A stretch of DNA of 64,000 nucleotides from Verrucomicrobiota bacterium (GTDB lineage Bacteria; Verrucomicrobiota; Verrucomicrobiia; Limisphaerales; CANJXF01). This document shows positions 59,568 to 64,000 of the stretch, piece by piece (position 1 is the stretch's first letter; each line of letters opens with the position of its first letter). Location of the stretch: NCBI GenBank assembly GCA_038214755.1, contig JBBQRQ010000003.1:55059-119058 (forward strand), given 5' to 3'. Position numbers and translations under genes: made by a program. Under the pieces are notes generated by a model, which was given only the letters and a program-made list of their open reading frames with translations, did not search any database and was not told where the DNA came from.

Positions 59568-61043
59568 TCACGGGCGCGTGCGAGATTTCTTCGTCACCTG
59601 ATCCAACAAGGATCGCATCTCATTCGCTTTTTCCGGCTCCTTCTCCGCGAGGTTGCGGGTTTCTCCAATGTCGTTTTCCAGATTATAAAGTTGAGCTTCG
59701 GCTTTTCCGCGCGCGCCTTCGCCTTTGGCGGCAGGAATATATTTCCATGGTCCCTGACGAATCGCTTTGCGACGGCTGTCTTCAATCAAATGATCGCGCA
59801 CTGGCTTTTTTATTTTCGCTCCGAGCAACACCGGAAGAAAATCGAAACTGTCCGGCGCGGCATCATCCGGCAATTTTTGTTCGAGCAACGCTGCGCTCGT
59901 CGCCAGCATGTCCACCAGACAAAATAATTCATCTGACTTGCCCGGTTTAATTTCCCCCGGCAACCTGGCAATGAACGGCACCCGTGTTCCGCCTTCGTAT
60001 GGCGTCCCTTTCGTTCCGCGCAAAGCTCCGTTGAACGCGTGACCGTTGTTCGATTTTTCGTCGCCGTCTCGCTCAATGGTGTCGCCGTAATCCAGTATCC
60101 CGCCGTTGTCACTCGTAACGATGACCAGCGTGTTTTCCGCAAGCTTGAGTCGATCGAGTGTCTTCAAAATTTCCCCAACGCACCCATCGAATTGTTGAAT
60201 GGCGTCGCCGCGAATCCCCGCGCCACTCGATCCGCGAAATTTCTTCGCCGGCATTCGCGGCACATGAATATCGTGCGTGGCGAAATAGAGAAAAAACGGC
60301 TGTCGCCGATTTTCTTCGATAAACTTTTTCGCGCGGCTCGTCAGTCTGTCCGCAATTTCTTCGTCCTTCCACAGAGCGCTTTTTCCCCCGGTCATCGCGC
60401 CGATACGCCCGATGCCTTGCACCGGATTGGAATGGCCCGGTAAACAATTTTCGTAATCCACCGTGATTGGATCTTTCGGATCGAGATTCACCACCCGATG
60501 ACCTTCGACGAACACGCACGGCGTGCGGTCGCCCGTCGCTGGAATAATAAAGCTCTGATCAAAACCGATTTCGAGCGGGCCGGGTTTGATTTCTCCGTTC
60601 CAATTCTGTTTGCCCTCCTCGTCGCCCAAACCGAGATGCCATTTGCCAACAACTGCTGTGGCGTAACCGGCTTTTTTAAAAATGGCGGGCAACGTCAATG
60701 TCCCCGGCTTGATGCTGAGAGGCGCGCTTCCGGGCAAAATGTGCGAGCCAAGCGGATTGCGAAAAGCGTATTGTCCCGTCATCAAAGCATAACGAGTCGG
60801 CGTGCAAGTCGCGGCTGGAGAGTGCGCGTCGGTGAAGCGAAGACCGTGTTGAGCGAGCGAATCAACATTGGGCGTTTTGACCTTCGTCGCGCCATAACAA
60901 CCAAAATCTCCATAACCAATGTCATCGCCGATAATAAAAACAACATTCGGCTTGGCGAAAGAATTTTTTGGCGCAGCGGCTTGAGCACAAAAAGATGTGA
61001 GTAGAAGAACGCAGAAAACTTTCAGAAAGCGAAACGACATCAT
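59568..61043 (-). CDS. Secreted arylsulfatase
   Basis: PNVVFIIGDD, CTPTR formylglycine motif, GKWHLG, SDNG. Confidence 0.95.
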   Translation of the reverse strand: MMSFRFLKVFCVLLLTSFCAQAAAPKNSFAKPNVVFIIGDDIGYGDFGCYGATKVKTPNVDSLAQHGLRFTDAHSPAATCTPTRYALMTGQYAFRNPLGSHILPGSAPLSIKPGTLTLPAIFKKAGYATAVVGKWHLGLGDEEGKQNWNGEIKPGPLEIGFDQSFIIPATGDRTPCVFVEGHRVVNLDPKDPITVDYENCLPGHSNPVQGIGRIGAMTGGKSALWKDEEIADRLTSRAKKFIEENRRQPFFLYFATHDIHVPRMPAKKFRGSSGAGIRGDAIQQFDGCVGEILKTLDRLKLAENTLVIVTSDNGGILDYGDTIERDGDEKSNNGHAFNGALRGTKGTPYEGGTRVPFIARLPGEIKPGKSDELFCLVDMLATSAALLEQKLPDDAAPDSFDFLPVLLGAKIKKPVRDHLIEDSRRKAIRQGPWKYIPAAKGEGARGKAEAQLYNLENDIGETRNLAEKEPEKANEMRSLLDQVTKKSRTRP

Positions 61044-61191
61044 AATTCAGTCTTGCGAGACGAGGGACAAGTGTCACGAAGTTACTTTTGAAAACCAATT
61101 GGAAAAACGAGAAGTTGTTATTCGTCTTCATTTTCCTGACCACGAAAAACTTTGTCACCTCCCCGCTCGTTTTCGCTACTCATGCGGTGAT

Positions 61192-62832
61192 ATGATTTTT
61201 AAAACAAAAATGTTCACCGAAGAATCCAACGACGCATCGCTGGTCCTCGCCAGTCTTGCCGGCGACCGCGATGCGTTCACCCAAATTGTCAGCCGCTATC
61301 AGTCGCTGGTTTGTTCGCTTGCCTACAGCGCCACGGGCAGTTTGCCGCAGAGCGAAGACCTCGCGCAGGAAACATTTGTCGCGGCGTGGCGCGAAATGAA
61401 GCAGTTGCGGGAACCCGATAAACTGCGCTCGTGGCTTTGCGGCGTCGCGCGAAACATTATTTCCAATTCGTGGCGTCGCAACAAACGTGAACCGGTTCAA
61501 GGTGCGGAGCCAATCGAATCCACCCGCGAATTTTTCGCGCCCGAAACTCCAACGCCGGAGCGCGTCATTCAACGCGAAGAAGAAGCGATTCTCTGGTGTT
61601 CACTGGAGCGCATTCCCGAAACCTATCGCGAGCCGCTAATTTTGTTTTATCGCCAGGGCGAATCCATCCAGCGCGTCGCCGAGCAATTGGAACTTTCCGA
61701 AGACGCGGTAAAACAACGCCTCTCGCGCGGCCGAAAATTTCTCGCCGACGAAGTTACCGCGTTTGTCGAAGGAACACTCAAGCAATCAACACCCGGACGC
61801 GCCTTCACGTTGGGCGCAATGGCGTCGCTGCCGATTTTCGCCACGAGCGCCAGCGCGGCGACGATTGGGTCCAGCGCGATGAAAGGCAGCGCCATTGCCA
61901 AATCTTTTTCCCTGGTCGCCGTTTTTACCACGGTGATTGGCCCGGTCGTCGGATTGCTCGGCGCCTATCTTGGGATGCGTGCCAGCATCAACGCCACACG
62001 CACTCCGCGAGAAAGGAAGTACGTGGTGCAAATGGCAAAAGTCATTATGGCTGTCTCTGTGTTGTTCAACCTTGTTTTGTTTGCTTACATTGGCGCGTCG
62101 GTGAAATGGGGCAAACATCACACCGCGCTCGTTGTTGTGGCAGGCATCGCAATTCCGCTGATTTATACCGCATGGCTTCTGATTATGGTCGTGCGTCACA
62201 ACCGAAGGCTCCGCGAAATTCGCCGTGAAGAAAAAGAACTTCATCCCGAAGCCTTTGAAAATGAAATCAAACCTGGCGAAGCGACGGAATATCGCAGCCG
62301 CAGAACTTTGTTTGGACTTCCGCTGATTCATATTCGCAACGGTCGCCCGGGAGAAAAATCTCAGCCCGCCGTCGGTTGGATTGCCATCGGCCAACGCGCG
62401 TATGGAATTCTTTTTGCAGCGGGCGGCGTCGCCATCGGCGGCATCAGCATGGGCGGACTTTCCATCGGAATTCTGTCCGTCGGCGGCGCCAGTGTCGGTC
62501 TGCTGGCATTGGGTGGAATTGCTTTTGGCGGATTGGCCTGGGGCGGCGCGGCCGTCGGCATCATTGCCTCCGGCGGAATTGCCATCGCATGGCTCGGCGC
62601 GCAAGGCGGTCTGGCCGTCGCGCATGATTTCGCCTTGGGCAGTTTGGCGGTGGCCACCCACGCCAACGATGGAGCGGCCAAAGAATTCTTTGACCGATTC
62701 TCTTGGATGGATATGCGCCATTCGGGCAAACGCAATCTTGTGACAACGCTCGGTTGGTTGCCGTTAATTCTTTCTGTAGTGGTGTGGCAGGTGATGGATA
62801 AACACAAGCGGCGGAAGCAATCACGCCGGTGA
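61192..62832 (+). CDS. ECF sigma factor fused to a multi-pass membrane C-terminus
   Basis: SEDLAQETF...WL, YREPLILFY, VKQRLSRGR; then TM helices, EYRS..TLFGLPLIHI and a Gly-rich GxxAxG tract. Confidence 0.85.
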   Translation: MIFKTKMFTEESNDASLVLASLAGDRDAFTQIVSRYQSLVCSLAYSATGSLPQSEDLAQETFVAAWREMKQLREPDKLRSWLCGVARNIISNSWRRNKREPVQGAEPIESTREFFAPETPTPERVIQREEEAILWCSLERIPETYREPLILFYRQGESIQRVAEQLELSEDAVKQRLSRGRKFLADEVTAFVEGTLKQSTPGRAFTLGAMASLPIFATSASAATIGSSAMKGSAIAKSFSLVAVFTTVIGPVVGLLGAYLGMRASINATRTPRERKYVVQMAKVIMAVSVLFNLVLFAYIGASVKWGKHHTALVVVAGIAIPLIYTAWLLIMVVRHNRRLREIRREEKELHPEAFENEIKPGEATEYRSRRTLFGLPLIHIRNGRPGEKSQPAVGWIAIGQRAYGILFAAGGVAIGGISMGGLSIGILSVGGASVGLLALGGIAFGGLAWGGAAVGIIASGGIAIAWLGAQGGLAVAHDFALGSLAVATHANDGAAKEFFDRFSWMDMRHSGKRNLVTTLGWLPLILSVVVWQVMDKHKRRKQSRR

Positions 62833-62886
62833 GAAGGCGAATGAAACTTAGGACCGTTTCTTAAACGATAAAAATATTTCCTGGCT

Positions 62887-63735
62887 ATGTTCAGAAATTT
62901 TAAAAACCTTTTGATCTGCTCCGCGTCATTGATCCCCACGTCCGGCTACGCGGATACGAATTCTCCAGTGAAACTTCCACCGAGAGAAAAATTAAAAATT
63001 TACTTGCTGATGGGGCAATCGAACATGGCCGGGCGCGGCGTGCCCGAACAAGAAGACAAGACGCCGCATCCACGCGTTTTTGTTTTCACGCAAAGCAATC
63101 AATGGGAACTTGCCGTCGAGCCGCTCACGCTGGGCGAACCGAAAAAAAATCCCGGCGTCGGGCCGGGCCTCGCTTTCGCGAAAGTCATGGCCGACGCCAA
63201 TCCCGGTGTTGTCATCGGCCTCGTGCCGTGCGCGGTCGGTGGAACTCCGTTGAAACGTTGGATGCCAGGCGCGGATTTATATTCCAACGTCGTCGTGCGA
63301 GCGATAGCTGCGGCGAAGTTCGGAATGATTTCGGGAATTCTCTGGCATCAAGGTGAAGCCGATTCAGCGAATTCGACTAACGCAAATTCCTACGGCGAGC
63401 GGCTGACGAAAATGATTGGCGATATTCGCGCGGAATTGAATTTGCCGAATCTCCCATTCGTCGTCGGGCAAACGGGAGAATTTAATTACACGCGTCCGGG
63501 GAATCCGCAGCCGTTCGCGCGCGCCGTCAACGAGACGTTGACCAAACTTCCAGAGAAAGTTCCGTTCACCGGTTGCGCCTTGTCGAAAGGACTGACCTCG
63601 AAAGCCGACCTGGTTCATTTCGATGCAAAGTCGCAGCGCGAATTGGGCAAGCGTTACGCCACAGAAATGTTGAAACTGGAAAAATCGCCGCGACTGAAAC
63701 GCGCTGAATCGGAAAGAAAACTTTTGGAGAAATAA
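62887..63735 (+). CDS. SASA-family (sialate O-acetylesterase-like) carbohydrate esterase
   Basis: GQSNM, AVGGT, WHQGEAD, DLVHF. Confidence 0.92.
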   Translation: MFRNFKNLLICSASLIPTSGYADTNSPVKLPPREKLKIYLLMGQSNMAGRGVPEQEDKTPHPRVFVFTQSNQWELAVEPLTLGEPKKNPGVGPGLAFAKVMADANPGVVIGLVPCAVGGTPLKRWMPGADLYSNVVVRAIAAAKFGMISGILWHQGEADSANSTNANSYGERLTKMIGDIRAELNLPNLPFVVGQTGEFNYTRPGNPQPFARAVNETLTKLPEKVPFTGCALSKGLTSKADLVHFDAKSQRELGKRYATEMLKLEKSPRLKRAESERKLLEK

Positions 63736-63745
63736 GAGTTAACCA

Positions 63746-63832
63746 GGTAGGGCGCGTCACTCTGTGCGCGCCGTTCGGAAACAGCGCACGTTTCTCTCGA
63801 CCAGCGGCGCGCACGGAGTGACGCGCCCTACC
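63746..63832. repeat. GTAG REP doublet
   Basis: ggtagggcgcgtcactctgtgcgcgccg...cggcgcgcacggagtgacgcgccctacc. Confidence 0.88.
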
Positions 63833-63938
63833 AGCTTCGCGATGATTTCGGGATGCGGCGCGGAAACATCGTTCGCTTCGGCGATGTCACACTTCATCAG
63901 GCTCGTCCACATTTGGGAGGTCATATAAAATACGCCGG

Positions 63939-64000
63939 TTAGAATTGGTTTAACTGGAGACGAAGAAAACGATGCGGCTCGTTCGCCACGGGAACCGAAT
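63939..64000 (-). CDS. 3' end of a gene entering from beyond the window
   Basis: Manual translation SVPVANEPHRFLRLQLNQF*, resembling the shared C-terminal motif. Confidence 0.45.
   Translation of the reverse strand, partial: SVPVANEPHRFLRLQLNQF

Noticed and set aside
63834..63930. Sulfatase C-terminal remnant (LYDL...DIAEANDVSAPHPEIIAKL)
   Set aside because: Too short and split across frames to call with confidence.

Overview
Bacterial chromosomal window, most likely from Verrucomicrobiota (Pedosphaera/Limisphaerales-like). This is inferred from the fused lpxC-fabZ, the UBact-proteasome operon, a Planctomycete-type ECF sigma factor and the style of the secreted proteins. Core genes (lpxA, lpxC-fabZ, icd, dxs, xseB, argC, rpsI, rplM, proB, mazG, M29 aminopeptidase) alternate with accessory segments. 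These are: (i) a scrambled 2-10 kb zone with Fic/antitoxin and DUF433/DUF5615 pairs, two CHAT-domain fragments, a dead IS1182 and 3' remnants of tnpA, recR and mutS; (ii) a UBact-prcB-prcA-pafA operon; (iii) a 33.4-43.3 kb tandem array of secreted alpha/beta-hydrolase and membrane-anchored partner genes behind a frameshifted cyclophilin. The most striking unexplained feature is a ~870-nt apparently non-coding minus-strand region (about 25222 to 24352). It is packed with stems and GNRA tetraloops and bracketed by a -10-like box, a boxA-like motif and a terminator, making it a candidate large structured ncRNA. Many families of palindromic REP-like repeats occur, some translated in frame inside proteins. 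Five or six secreted proteins share a C-terminal W...(R/G)F(Y/F)R domain that may be a sorting signal.
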